Assembly: GCA_051362555.1 (NCBI GenBank)
Contig: JBPQGU010000016.1
Coordinates: 992,001 to 1,056,000 of the forward strand
Origin: Lingula anatina
Taxonomy: Eukaryota > Animalia > Brachiopoda
Direction of reading: 5' to 3'
DNA length: 64,000 bases
Notes under the pieces: generated by a model
The model's input: the letters and a program-made list of their open reading frames with translations, nothing else
Told to the model about the DNA's origin: nothing
Database searches by the model: none
Program-made: the position numbers and the translations under genes
Shown: one piece after another, positions 36,401 to 51,400 of the stretch
How positions within the stretch are numbered: the first letter of the stretch is position 1
Layout: each line of letters opens with the position of its first letter

Positions 36401-39400
36401 CGCAATTGCTTGAATGGAAAACACACCAGTTTTCTGCACATTTGAACGTTTTAATTACAATATACGCTTATTATCCGTTTTGTGAGCAAACGCATTTTTC
36501 TTACGGTATAGAACATAACAATAAAATGAAAAAGCAGGGCAAGTAAAGATTACTTGTCTTGAAAAAGTTTGTTGTAATTGTTTATATAATGGATAGGTCT
36601 ACGTTATCAATAAATACGTTACCAAAAAACGTGAAGGTATTGTTTTCTGTTTTCATTCTTTGTTGTCCTTTGGTGCGACACTGTGGATGCGTGCGACGTT
36701 GTACATGTGCGCACGCATGTATATACGTCGCTCATCCTTCTTTGTTACGTTATTATGATACATACGTTACCGTGAAGCGTGTAAATATACATTTATTCTA
36801 TTTACATTGGTTGTCTTTTGTTTTGTGGGCACAAAACACTTCTGCCTTAAAGTGTTGGCCCACAAAACGAAAGACAAACCACTGTAAATAAAATAAATAA
36901 ATATTTACACGGATCACGGTAACGTATATATCGGTAACGTATGTATCATTTTAACGTAACAAAGAAGAATGAGCGACGTATAAACATGCGTGCGCACATA
37001 TACAACGTCACGCGCACACACAGAGTCTTGACAAAGGACAACAAACAATGAAATCAAAAAATCATGAACTTTTAAAACGGTCATGAAAAACCTTGGTCGA
37101 GGACTGGGGTTGCCCGGGTTGAAATAGGGCACCCGGATTATCGATTGAAATAGCAAATATATACACATGTACATCCAAACTGGCCCTCTCCCTGACAAGC
37201 TAGAAAATTTCCATTTGATCCATCACTCAGCAACGAAGCTTCTGTGGCTCCGTGGTAACTCCGTTGCCTTGTGCGTGAGTGTATCCTTGTCCGCTGGTTC
37301 GAGACCCAGCAAAATGACTCTGATATTTTTTTCCTAAAAGTAATCTGTAAAATTTGCTTTTGATTACTATAAGAGGAAACTCGTACCTACGGAGGGTGGG
37401 CGGGTCAGTCACGGCGCAGTCGGTAGCGTGCTTGGATGCAAAAAAACAATACAAAGCGTCACCAACCATGGTAACGAGAAGTCACGAGTTCGAATCCCGG
37501 ATGAGGCACGTCAGTCCATCACGACAACGACCTTGCCCCCTGTTCGGGCAGTAACCAGAACGAATGCGGGCTCTCGTGGGTCCTAGCAATTTACCTTTTG
37601 CACAATAAAACGATATACTTGAGAATAAGTGATGGATTTAAAAAGAACATAGTAGCATAAAGTCTGCGTCGTCAATAATATGACATGGGAATGGTCATTG
37701 ATCTCTATCTTTTTCCAGCTACGTCACCGATCAAACTTGCATTGAGCTATTGCTAACCGCGTATAGAGCCTCGCCTGTCATACTGCAATTTCAGCAAAAT
37801 GGGCTCTTTTCTCGGTGGGATTTTCAGAGGAAAAAAGTTTTATTTTTTACAAAAGTCGCCCCGCCGCTATTGCTTTTACCAGTTGTAAACTACGTTTGTC
37901 TTCTTATGCACCCCCTTCCTATCTTGGGTCCATGCTTCTCGAGACGGTTCATATGTTCATTCAGTACCCGAGGCAACTCCACAGTCAACAATGAAAGAGT
38001 AAAATCTACTCAAAACTGAAACCGCCAAGGTGTGAACAGCTGTGGATCTCATCGCGCTCTTTAACGTCAAAGGTGAAACCACACGTTATCTCGTTGCAAA
38101 ATAAAATGAAACTAAAAACATCTGAACTCATCTTACTAGGACCATTTCCAGCGGATAAGCAATGAAACCGATCGACCTTGTATTGATTCAGTAGCTTCAG
38201 GTATAACAGCACGTCATACCACCAACCGATCGACCTTGAATTGATTCAGTAGCTTCAGGTATAACAAACAACACGTCATACCACCTGTTAACCGCGTTCA
38301 CCCGAAAAAAAATTTCTTCTGGGCAGAATTATTTGCCAAATATGTTTTACTCGAAATTCGCATCGACGCAATTGCTTGAATGGAAAACACAGCAGTTTTC
38401 TGCACATTTGAACGTTTTAATTACAATATACGCTTATTATCCGTTTTGTGAGCAAACGCATTTTTCTTACGGTATAGAACATAACAATAAAATGAAAAAG
38501 CAGGGCAAGTAAAGATTACTTGTCTTGAAAAAGTTTGTTGTAATTGTTTATATAATGGATAGGTCTACGTTATCAATAAATACGTTACCAAAAAACGTGA
38601 AGGTATTGTTTTCTGTTTTCATTCTTTGTTGTCCTTTGGTGCGACACTGTGGATGCGTGCGACGTTGTACATGTGCGCACGCATGTATATACGTCGCTCA
38701 TCCTTCTTTGTTACGTTATTATGATACATACGTTACCGTGAAGCGTGTAAATATACATTTATTCTATTTACATTGGTTGTCTTTTGTTTTGTGGGCACAA
38801 AACACTTCTGCCTTAAAGTGTTGGCCCACAAAACGAAAGACAAACCACTGTAAATAAAATAAATAAATATTTACACGGATCACGGTAACGTGTATATCGG
38901 TAACGTATGTATCATTTTAACGTAACAAAGAAGAATGAGCGACGTATAAACATGCGTGCGCACATATACAACGTCACGCGCACACACAGAGTCTTGACAA
39001 AGGACAACAAACAATGAAATCAAAAAATCATGAACTTTTAAAACGGTCATGAAAAACCTTGGTCGAGGACTGGGGTTGCCCGGGTTGAAATAGGGCACCC
39101 GGATTATCGATTGAAATAGCAAATATATACACATGTACATCCAAACTGGCCCTCTCCCTGACAAGCTAGAAAATTTCCATTTGATCCATCACTCAGCAAC
39201 GAAGCTTCTGTGGCTCCGTGGTAACTCCGTTGCCTTGTGCGTGAGTGTATCCTTGTCCGCTGGTTCGAGACCCAGCAAAGTGACTCTGATATTTTTTTCC
39301 TAAAAGTAATCTGTAAAATTTGCTTTTGATTACTATAAGAGGAAACTCGTACCTACGGAGGGTGGGCGGGTCAGTCACGGCGCAGTCGGTAGCGTGCTTG

Positions 39401-42400
39401 GATGCAAAAAAACAATACAAAGCGTCACCAACCATGGTAACGAGAAGTCACGAGTTCGAATCCCGGATGAGGCACGTCAGTCCATCACGACAACGACCTT
39501 GCCCCCTGTTCGGGCAGTAACCAGAACGAATGCGGGCTCTCGTGGGTCCTAGCAATTTACCTTTTGCACAATAAAACGATATACTTGAGAATAAGTGATG
39601 GATTTAAAAAGAACATAGTAGCATAAAGTCTGCGTCGTCAATAATATGACATGGGAATGGTCATTGATCTCTATCTTTTTCCAGCTACGTCACCGATCAA
39701 ACTTGCATTGAGCTATTGCTAACCGCGTATAGAGCCTCGCCTGTCATACTGCAATTTCAGCAAAATGGGCTCTTTTCTCGGTGGGATTTTCAGAGGAAAA
39801 AAGTTTTATTTTTTACAAAAGTCGCCCCGCCGCTATTGCTTTTACCAGTTGTAAACTACGTTTGTCTTCTTATGCAACCCCTTCCTATCTTGGGTCCATG
39901 CTTCTCGAGACGGTTCATATGTTCATTCAGTACCCGAGGCAACTCCACAGTCAACAATGAAAGAGTAAAATCTACTCAAAACTGAAACCGCCAAGGTGTG
40001 AACAGCTGTGGATCTCATCGCGCTCTTTAACGTCAAAGGTGAAACCACACGTTATCTCGTTGCAAAATAAAATGAAACTAAAAACATCTGAACTCATCTT
40101 ACTAGGACCATTTCCAGCGGATAAGCAATGAAACCGATCGACCTTGTATTGATTCAGTAGCTTCAGGTATAACAGCACGTCATACCACCAACCGATCGAC
40201 CTTGAATTGATTCAGTAGCTTCAGGTATAACAAACAACACGTCATACCACCTGTTAACCGCGTTCACCCGAAAAAAAATTTCTTCTGGGCAGAATTATTT
40301 GCCAAATATGTTTTACTCGAAATTCGCATCGACGCAATTGCTTGAATGGAAAACACAGCAGTTTTCTGCACATTTGAACGTTTTAATTACAATATACGCT
40401 TATTATCCGTTTTGTGAGCAAACGCATTTTTCTTACGGTATAGAACATAACAATAAAATGAAAAAGCAGGGCAAGTAAAGATTACTTGTCTTGAAAAAGT
40501 TTGTTGTAATTGTTTATATAATGGATAGGTCTACGTTATCAATAAATACGTTACCAAAAAACGTGAAGGTATTGTTTTCTGTTTTCATTCTTTGTTGTCC
40601 TTTGGTGCGACACTGTGGATGCGTGCGACGTTGTACATGTGCGCACGCATGTATATACGTCGCTCATCCTTCTTTGTTACGTTATTATGATACATACGTT
40701 ACCGTGAAGCGTGTAAATATACATTTATTCTATTTACATTGGTTGTCTTTTGTTTTGTGGGCACAAAACACTTCTGCCTTAAAGTGTTGGCCCACAAAAC
40801 GAAAGACAAACCACTGTAAATAAAATAAATAAATATTTACACGGATCACGGTAACGTATATATCGGTAACGTATGTATCATTTTAACGTAACAAAGAAGA
40901 ATGAGCGACGTATAAACATGCGTGCGCACATATACAACGTCACGCGCACACACAGAGTCTTGACAAAGGACAACAAACAATGAAATCAAAAAATCATGAA
41001 CTTTTAAAACGGTCATGAAAAACCTTGGTCGAGGACTGGGGTTGCCCGGGTTGAAATAGGGCACCCGGATTATCGATTGAAATAGCAAATATATACACAT
41101 GTACATCCAAACTGGCCCTCTCCCTGACAAGCTAGAAAATTTCCATTTGATCCATCACTCAGCAACGAAGCTTCTGTGGCTCCGTGGTAACTCCGTTGCC
41201 TTGTGCGTGAGTGTATCCTTGTCCGCTGGTTCGAGACCCAGCAAAATGACTCTGATATTTTTTTCCTAAAAGTAATCTGTAAAATTTGCTTTTCATTACT
41301 ATAAGAGGAAACTCGTACCTACGGAGGGTGGGCGGGACAGTCACGGCGCAGTCGGTAGCGTGCTTGGATGCAAAAAAACAATACAAAGCGTCACCAACCA
41401 TGGTAACGAGAAGTCACGAGTTCGAATCCCGGATGAGGCACGTCAGTCCATCACGACAACGACCTTGCCCCCTGTTCGGGCAGTAACCAGAACGAATGCG
41501 GGCTCTCGTGGGTCCTAGCAATTTACCTTTTGCACAATAAAACGATATACTTGAGAATAAGTGATGGATTTAAAAAGAACATAGTAGCATAAAGTCTGCG
41601 TCGTCAATAATATGACATGGGAATGGTCATTGATCTCTATCTTTTTCCAGCTACGTCACCGATCAAACTTGCATTGAGCTATTGCTAACCGCGTATAGAG
41701 CCTCGCCTGTCATACTGCAATTTCAGCAAAATGGGCTCTTTTCTCGGTGGGATTTTCAGAGGAAAAAAGTTTTATTTTTTACAAAAGTCGCCCCGCCGCT
41801 ATTGCTTTTACCAGTTGTAAACTACGTTTGTCTTCTTATGCAACCCCTTCCTATCTTGGGTCCATGCTTCTCGAGACGGTTCATATGTTCATTCAGTACC
41901 CGAGGCAACTCCACAGTCAACAATGAAAGAGTAAAATCTACTCAAAACTGAAACCGCCAAGGTGTGAACAGCTGTGGATCTCATCGCGCTCTTTAACGTC
42001 AAAGGTGAAACCACACGTTATCTCATTGCAAAATAAAATGAAACTAAAAACATCTGAACTCATCTTACTAGGACCATTTCCAGCGGATAAGCAATGAAAC
42101 CGATCGACCTTGTATTGATTCAGTAGCTTCAGGTATAACAGCACGTCATACCACCAACCGATCGACCTTGAATTGATTCAGTAGCTTCAGGTATAACAAA
42201 CAACACGTCATACCACCTGTTAACCGCGTTCACCCGAAAAAAAATTTCTTCTGGGCAGAATTATTTGCCAAATATGTTTTACTCGAAATTCGCATCGACG
42301 CAATTGCTTGAATGGAAAAACACACCAGTTTTCTGCACATTTGAACGTTTTAATTACAATATACGCTTATTATCCGTTTTGTGAGCAAACGCATTTTTCT

Positions 42401-45400
42401 TACGGTATAGAACATAACAATAAAATGAAAAAGCAGGGCAAGTAAAGATTACTTGTCTTGAAAAAGTTTGTTGTAATTGTTTATATAATGGATAGGTCTA
42501 CGTTATCAATAAATACGTTACCAAAAAACGTGAAGGTATTGTTTTCTGTTTTCATTCTTTGTTGTCCTTTGGTGCGACACTGTGGATGCGTGCGACGTTG
42601 TACATGTGCGCACGCATGTATATACGTCGCTCATCCTTCTTTGTTACGTTATTATGATACATACGTTACCGTGAAGCGTGTAAATATACATTTATTCTAT
42701 TTACATTGGTTGTCTTTTGTTTTGTGGGCACAAAACACTTCTGCCTTAAAGTGTTGGCCCACAAAACGAAAGACAAACCACTGTAAATAAAATAAATAAA
42801 TATTTACACGGATCACGGTAACGTATATATCGGTAACGTATGTATCATTTTAACGTAACAAAGAAGAATGAGCGACGTATAAACATGCGTGCGCACATAT
42901 ACAACGTCACGCGCACACACAGAGTCTTGACAAAGGACAACAAACAATGAAATCAAAAAATCATGAACTTTTAAAACGGTCATGAAAAACCTTGGTCGAG
43001 GACTGGGGTTGCCCGGGTTGAAATAGGGCACCCGGATTATCGATTGAAATAGCAAATATATACACATGTACATCCAAACTGGCCCTCTCCCTGACAAGCT
43101 AGAAAATTTCCATTTGATCCATCACTCAGCAACGAAGCTTCTGTGGCTCCGTGGTAACTCCGTTGCCTTGTGCGTGAGTGTATCCTTGTCCGCTGGTTCG
43201 AGACCCAGCAAAATGACTCTGATATTTTTTTCCTAAAAGTAATCTGTAAAATTTGCTTTTCATTACTATAAGAGGAAACTCGTACCTACGGAGGGTGGGC
43301 GGGTCAGTCACGGCGCAGTCGGTAGCGTGCTTGGATGCAAAAAAACAATACAAAGCGTCACCAACCATGGTAACGAGAAGTCACGAGTTCGAATCCCGGA
43401 TGAGGCACGTCAGTCCATCACGACAACGACCTTGCCCCCTGTTCGGGCAGTAACCAGAACGAATGCGGGCTCTCGTGGGTCCTAGCAATTTACCTTTTGC
43501 ACAATAAAACGATATACTTGAGAATAAGTGATGGATTTAAAAAGAACATAGTAGCATAAAGTCTGCGTCGTCAATAATATGACATGGGAATGGTCATTGA
43601 TCTCTATCTTTTTCCAGCTACGTCACCGATCAAACTTGCATTGAGCTATTGCTAACCGCGTATAGAGCCTCGCCTGTCATACTGCAATTTCAGCAAAATG
43701 GGCTCTTTTCTCGGTGGGATTTTCAGAGGAAAAAAGTTTTATTTTTTACAAAAGTCGCCCCGCCGCTATTGCTTTTACCAGTTGTAAACTACGTTTGTCT
43801 TCTTATGCACCCCCTTCCTATCTTGGGTCCATGCTTCTCGAGACGGTTCATATGTTCATTCAGTACCCGAGGCAACTCCACAGTCAACAATGAAAGAGTA
43901 AAATCTACTCAAAACTGAAACCGCCAAGGTGTGAACAGCTGTGGATCTCATCGCGCTCTTTAACGTCAAAGGTGAAACCACACGTTATCTCGTTGCAAAA
44001 TAAAATGAAACTAAAAACATCTGAACTCATCTTACTAGGACCATTTCCAGCGGATAAGCAATGAAACCGATCGACCTTGTATTGATTCAGTAGCTTCAGG
44101 TATAACAGCACGTCATACCACCAACCGATCGACCTTGAATTGATTCAGTAGCTTCAGGTATAACAAACAACACGTCATACCACCTGTTAACCGCGTTCAC
44201 CCGAAAAAAAATTTCTTCTGGGCAGAATTATTTGCCAAATATGTTTTACTCGAAATTCGCATCGACGCAATTGCTTGAATGGAAAACACAGCAGTTTTCT
44301 GCACATTTGAACGTTTTAATTACAATATACGCTTATTATCCGTTTTGTGAGCAAACGCATTTTTCTTACGGTATAGAACATAACAATAAAATGAAAAAGC
44401 AGGGCAAGTAAAGATTACTTGTCTTGAAAAAGTTTGTTGTAATTGTTTATATAATGGATAGGTCTACGTTATCAATAAATACGTTACCAAAAAACGTGAA
44501 GGTATTGTTTTCTGTTTTCATTCTTTGTTGTCCTTTGGTGCGACACTGTGGATGCGTGCGACGTTGTACATGTGCGCACGCATGTATATACGTCGCTCAT
44601 CCTTCTTTGTTACGTTATTATGATACATACGTTACCGTGAAGCGTGTAAATATACATTTATTCTATTTACATTGGTTGTCTTTTGTTTTGTGGGCACAAA
44701 ACACTTCTGCCTTAAAGTGTTGGCCCACAAAACGAAAGACAAACCACTGTAAATAAAATAAATAAATATTTACACGGATCACGGTAACGTGTATATCGGT
44801 AACGTATGTATCATTTTAACGTAACAAAGAAGAATGAGCGACGTATAAACATGCGTGCGCACATATACAACGTCACGCGCACACACAGAGTCTTGACAAA
44901 GGACAACAAACAATGAAATCAAAAAATCATGAACTTTTAAAACGGTCATGAAAAACCTTGGTCGAGGACTGGGGTTGCCCGGGTTGAAATAGGGCACCCG
45001 GATTATCGATTGAAATAGCAAATATATACACATGTACATCCAAACTGGCCCTCTCCCTGACAAGCTAGAAAATTTCCATTTGATCCATCACTCAGCAACG
45101 AAGCTTCTGTGGCTCCGTGGTAACTCCGTTGCCTTGTGCGTGAGTGTATCCTTGTCCGCTGGTTCGAGACCCAGCAAAGTGACTCTGATATTTTTTTCCT
45201 AAAAGTAATCTGTAAAATTTGCTTTTGATTACTATAAGAGGAAACTCGTACCTACGGAGGGTGGGCGGGTCAGTCACGGCGCAGTCGGTAGCGTGCTTGG
45301 ATGCAAAAAAACAATACAAAGCGTCACCAACCATGGTAACGAGAAGTCACGAGTTCGAATCCCGGATGAGGCACGTCAGTCCATCACGACAACGACCTTG

Positions 45401-48400
45401 CCCCCTGTTCGGGCAGTAACCAGAACGAATGCGGGCTCTCGTGGGTCCTAGCAATTTACCTTTTGCACAATAAAACGATATACTTGAGAATAAGTGATGG
45501 ATTTAAAAAGAACATAGTAGCATAAAGTCTGCGTCGTCAATAATATGACATGGGAATGGTCATTGATCTCTATCTTTTTCCAGCTACGTCACCGATCAAA
45601 CTTGCATTGAGCTATTGCTAACCGCGTATAGAGCCTCGCCTGTCATACTGCAATTTCAGCAAAATGGGCTCTTTTCTCGGTGGGATTTTCAGAGGAAAAA
45701 AGTTTTATTTTTTACAAAAGTCGCCCCGCCGCTATTGCTTTTACCAGTTGTAAACTACGTTTGTCTTCTTATGCAACCCCTTCCTATCTTGGGTCCATGC
45801 TTCTCGAGACGGTTCATATGTTCATTCAGTACCCGAGGCAACTCCACAGTCAACAATGAAAGAGTAAAATCTACTCAAAACTGAAACCGCCAAGGTGTGA
45901 ACAGCTGTGGATCTCATCGCGCTCTTTAACGTCAAAGGTGAAACCACACGTTATCTCATTGCAAAATAAAATGAAACTAAAAACATCTGAACTCATCTTA
46001 CTAGGAACATTTCCAGCGGATAAGCAATGAAACCGATCGACCTTGTATTGATTCAGTAGCTTCAGGTATAACAGCACGTCATACCACCAACCGATCGACC
46101 TTGAATTGATTCAGTAGCTTCAGGTATAACAAACAACACGTCATACCACCTGTTAACCGCGTTCACCCGAAAAAAAATTTCTTCTGGGCAGAATTATTTG
46201 CCAAATATGTTTTACTCGAAATTCGCATCGACGCAATTGCTTGAATGGAAAAACACACCAGTTTTCTGCACATTTGAACGTTTTAATTACAATATACGCT
46301 TATTATCCGTTTTGTGAGCAAACGCATTTTTCTTACGGTATAGAACATAACAATAAAATGAAAAAGCAGGGCAAGTAAAGATTACTTGTCTTGAAAAAGT
46401 TTGTTGTAATTGTTTATATAATGGATAGGTCTACGTTATCAATAAATACGTTACCAAAAAACGTGAAGGTATTGTTTTCTGTTTTCATTCTTTGTTGTCC
46501 TTTGGTGCGACACTGTGGATGCGTGCGACGTTGTACATGTGCGCACGCATGTATATACGTCGCTCATCCTTCTTTGTTACGTTATTATGATACATACGTT
46601 ACCGTGAAGCGTGTAAATATACATTTATTCTATTTACATTGGTTGTCTTTTGTTTTGTGGGCACAAAACACTTCTGCCTTAAAGTGTTGGCCCACAAAAC
46701 GAAAGACAAACCACTGTAAATAAAATAAATAAATATTTACACGGATCACGGTAACGTATATATCGGTAACGTATGTATCATTTTAACGTAACAAAGAAGA
46801 ATGAGCGACGTATAAACATGCGTGCGCACATATACAACGTCACGCGCACACACAGAGTCTTGACAAAGGACAACAAACAATGAAATCAAAAAATCATGAA
46901 CTTTTAAAACGGTCATGAAAAACCTTGGTCGAGGACTGGGGTTGCCCGGGTTGAAATAGGGCACCCGGATTATCGATTGAAATAGCAAATATATACACAT
47001 GTACATCCAAACTGGCCCTCTCCCTGACAAGCTAGAAAATTTCCATTTGATCCATCACTCAGCAACGAAGCTTCTGTGGCTCCGTGGTAACTCCGTTGCC
47101 TTGTGCGTGAGTGTATCCTTGTCCGCTGGTTCGAGACCCAGCAAAGTGACTCTGATATTTTTTTCCTAAAAGTAATCTGTAAAATTTGCTTTTGATTACT
47201 ATAAGAGGAAACTCGTACCTACGGAGGGTGGGCGGGTCAGTCACGGCGCAGTCGGTAGCGTGCTTGGATGCAAAAAAACAATACAAAGCGTCACCAACCA
47301 TGGTAACGAGAAGTCACGAGTTCGAATCCCGGATGAGGCACGTCAGTCCATCACGACAACGACCTTGCCCCCTGTTCGGGCAGTAACCAGAACGAATGCG
47401 GGCTCTCGTGGGTCCTAGCAATTTACCTTTTGCACAATAAAACGATATACTTGAGAATAAGTGATGGATTTAAAAAGAACATAGTAGCATAAAGTCTGCG
47501 TCGTCAATAATATGACATGGGAATGGTCATTGATCTCTATCTTTTTCCAGCTACGTCACCGATCAAACTTGCATTGAGCTATTGCTAACCGCGTATAGAG
47601 CCTCGCCTGTCATACTGCAATTTCAGCAAAATGGGCTCTTTTCTCGGTGGGATTTTCAGAGGAAAAAAGTTTTATTTTTTACAAAAGTCGCCCCGCCGCT
47701 ATTGCTTTTACCAGTTGTAAACTACGTTTGTCTTCTTATGCAACCCCTTCCTATCTTGGGTCCATGCTTCTCGAGACGGTTCATATGTTCATTCAGTACC
47801 CGAGGCAACTCCACAGTCAACAATGAAAGAGTAAAATCTACTCAAAACTGAAACCGCCAAGGTGTGAACAGCTGTGGATCTCATCGCGCTCTTTAACGTC
47901 AAAGGTGAAACCACACGTTATCTCATTGCAAAATAAAATGAAACTAAAAACATCTGAACTCATCTTACTAGGAACATTTCCAGCGGATAAGCAATGAAAC
48001 CGATCGACCTTGTATTGATTCAGTAGCTTCAGGTATAACAGCACGTCATACCACCAACCGATCGACCTTGAATTGATTCAGTAGCTTCAGGTATAACAAA
48101 CAACTCGTCATACCACCTGTTAACCGCGTTCACCCGAAAAAAAATTTCTTCTGGGCAGAATTATTTGCCAAATATGTTTTACTCGAAATTCGCATCGACG
48201 CAATTGCTTGAATGGAAAAACACACCAGTTTTCTGCACATTTGAACGTTTTAATTACAATATACGCTTATTATCCGTTTTGTGAGCAAACGCATTTTTCT
48301 TACGGTATAGAACATAACAATAAAATGAAAAAGCAGGGCAAGTAAAGATTACTTGTCTTGAAAAAGTTTGTTGTAATTGTTTATATAATGGATAGGTCTA

Positions 48401-51400
48401 CGTTATCAATAAATACGTTACCAAAAAACGTGAAGGTATTGTTTTCTGTTTTCATTCTTTGTTGTCCTTTGGTGCGACACTGTGGATGCGTGCGACGTTG
48501 TACATGTGCGCACGCATGTATATACGTCGCTCATCCTTCTTTGTTACGTTATTATGATACATACGTTACCGTGAAGCGTGTAAATATACATTTATTCTAT
48601 TTACATTGGTTGTCTTTTGTTTTGTGGGCACAAAACACTTCTGCCTTAAAGTGTTGGCCCACAAAACGAAAGACAAACCACTGTAAATAAAATAAATAAA
48701 TATTTACACGGATCACGGTAACGTATATATCGGTAACGTATGTATCATTTTAACGTAACAAAGAAGAATGAGCGACGTATAAACATGCGTGCGCACATAT
48801 ACAACGTCACGCGCACACACAGAGTCTTGACAAAGGACAACAAACAATGAAATCAAAAAATCATGAACTTTTAAAACGGTCATGAAAAACCTTGGTCGAG
48901 GACTGGGGTTGCCCGGGTTGAAATAGGGCACCCGGATTATCGATTGAAATAGCAAATATATACACATGTACATCCAAACTGGCCCTCTCCCTGACAAGCT
49001 AGAAAATTTCCATTTGATCCATCACTCGGCAACGAAGCTTCTGTGGCTCCGTGGTAACTCCGTTGCCTTGTGCGTGAGTGTATCCTTGTCCGCTGGTTCG
49101 AGACCCAGCAAAATGACTCTGATATTTTTTTCCTAAAAGTAATCTGTAAAATTTGCTTTTGATTACTATAAGAGGAAACTCGTACCTACGGAGGGTGGGC
49201 GGGTCAGTCACGGCGCAGTCGGTAGCGTGCTTGGATGCAAAAAAACAATACAAAGCGTCACCAACCATGGTAACGAGAAGTCACGAGTTCGAATCCCGGA
49301 TGAGGCACGTCAGTCCATCACGACAACGACCTTGCCCCCTGTTCGGGCAGTAACCAGAACGAATGCGGGCTCTCGTGGGTCCTAGCAATTTACCTTTTGC
49401 ACAATAAAACGATATACTTGAGAATAAGTGATGGATTTAAAAAGAACATAGTAGCATAAAGTCTGCGTCGTCAATAATATGACATGGGAATGGTCATTGA
49501 TCTCTATCTTTTTCCAGCTACGTCACCGATCAAACTTGCATTGAGCTATTGCTAACCGCGTATAGAGCCTCGCCTGTCATACTGCAATTTCAGCAAAATG
49601 GGCTCTTTTCTCGGTGGGATTTTCAGAGGAAAAAAGTTTTATTTTTTACAAAAGTCGCCCCGCCGCTATTGCTTTTACCAGTTGTAAACTACGTTTGTCT
49701 TCTTATGCAACCCCTTCCTATCTTGGGTCCATGCTTCTCGAGACGGTTCATATGTTCATTCAGTACCCGAGGCAACTCCACAGTCAACAATGAAAGAGTA
49801 AAATCTACTCAAAACTGAAACCGCCAAGGTGTGAACAGCTGTGGATCTCATCGCGCTCTTTAACGTCAAAGGTGAAACCACACGTTATCTCATTGCAAAA
49901 TAAAATGAAACTAAAAACATCTGAACTCATCTTACTAGGAACATTTCCAGCGGATAAGCAATGAAACCGATCGACCTTGTATTGATTCAGTAGCTTCAGG
50001 TATAACAGCACGTCATACCACCAACCGATCGACCTTGAATTGATTCAGTAGCTTCAGGTATAACAAACAACACGTCATACCACCTGTTAACCGCGTTCAC
50101 CCGAAAAAAAATTTCTTCTGGGCAGAATTATTTGCCAAATATGTTTTACTCGAAATTCGCATCGACGCAATTGCTTGAATGGAAAAACACACCAGTTTTC
50201 TGCACATTTGAACGTTTTAATTACAATATACGCTTATTATCCGTTTTGTGAGCAAACGCATTTTTCTTACGGTATAGAACATAACAATAAAATGAAAAAG
50301 CAGGGCAAGTAAAGATTACTTGTCTTGAAAAAGTTTGTTGTAATTGTTTATATAATGGATAGGTCTACGTTATCAATAAATACGTTACCAAAAAACGTGA
50401 AGGTATTGTTTTCTGTTTTCATTCTTTGTTGTCCTTTGGTGCGACACTGTGGATGCGTGCGACGTTGTACATGTGCGCACGCATGTATATACGTCGCTCA
50501 TCCTTCTTTGTTACGTTATTATGATACATACGTTACCGTGAAGCGTGTAAATATACATTTATTCTATTTACATTGGTTGTCTTTTGTTTTGTGGGCACAA
50601 AACACTTCTGCCTTAAAGTGTTGGCCCACAAAACGAAAGACAAACCACTGTAAATAAAATAAATAAATATTTACACGGATCACGGTAACGTATATATCGG
50701 TAACGTATGTATCATTTTAACGTAACAAAGAAGAATGAGCGACGTATAAACATGCGCGCGCACATATACAACGTCACGCGCACACACAGAGTCTTGACAA
50801 AGGACAACAAACAATGAAATCAAAAAATCATGAACTTTTAAAACGGTCATGAAAAACCTTGGTCGAGGACTGGGGTTGCCCGGGTTGAAATAGGGCACCC
50901 GGATTATCGATTGAAATAGCAAATATATACACATGTACATCCAAACTGGCCCTCTCCCTGACAAGCTAGAAAATTTCCATTTGATCCATCACTCAGCAAC
51001 GAAGCTTCTGTGGCTCCGTGGTAACTCCGTTGCCTTGTGCGTGAGTGTATCCTTGTCCGCTGGTTCGAGACCCAGCAAAATGACTCTGATATTTTTTTCC
51101 TAAAAGTAATCTGTAAAATTTGCTTTTGATTACTATAAGAGGAAACTCGTACCTACGGAGGGTGGGCGGGTCAGTCACGGCGCAGTCGGTAGCGTGCTTG
51201 GATGCAAAAAAACAATACAAAGCGTCACCAACCATGGTAACGAGAAGTCACGAGTTCGAATCCCGGATGAGGCACGTCAGTCCATCACGACAACGACCTT
51301 GCCCCCTGTTCGGGCAGTAACCAGAACGAATGCGGGCTCTCGTGGGTCCTAGCAATTTACCTTTTGCACAATAAAACGATATACTTGAGAATAAGTGATG

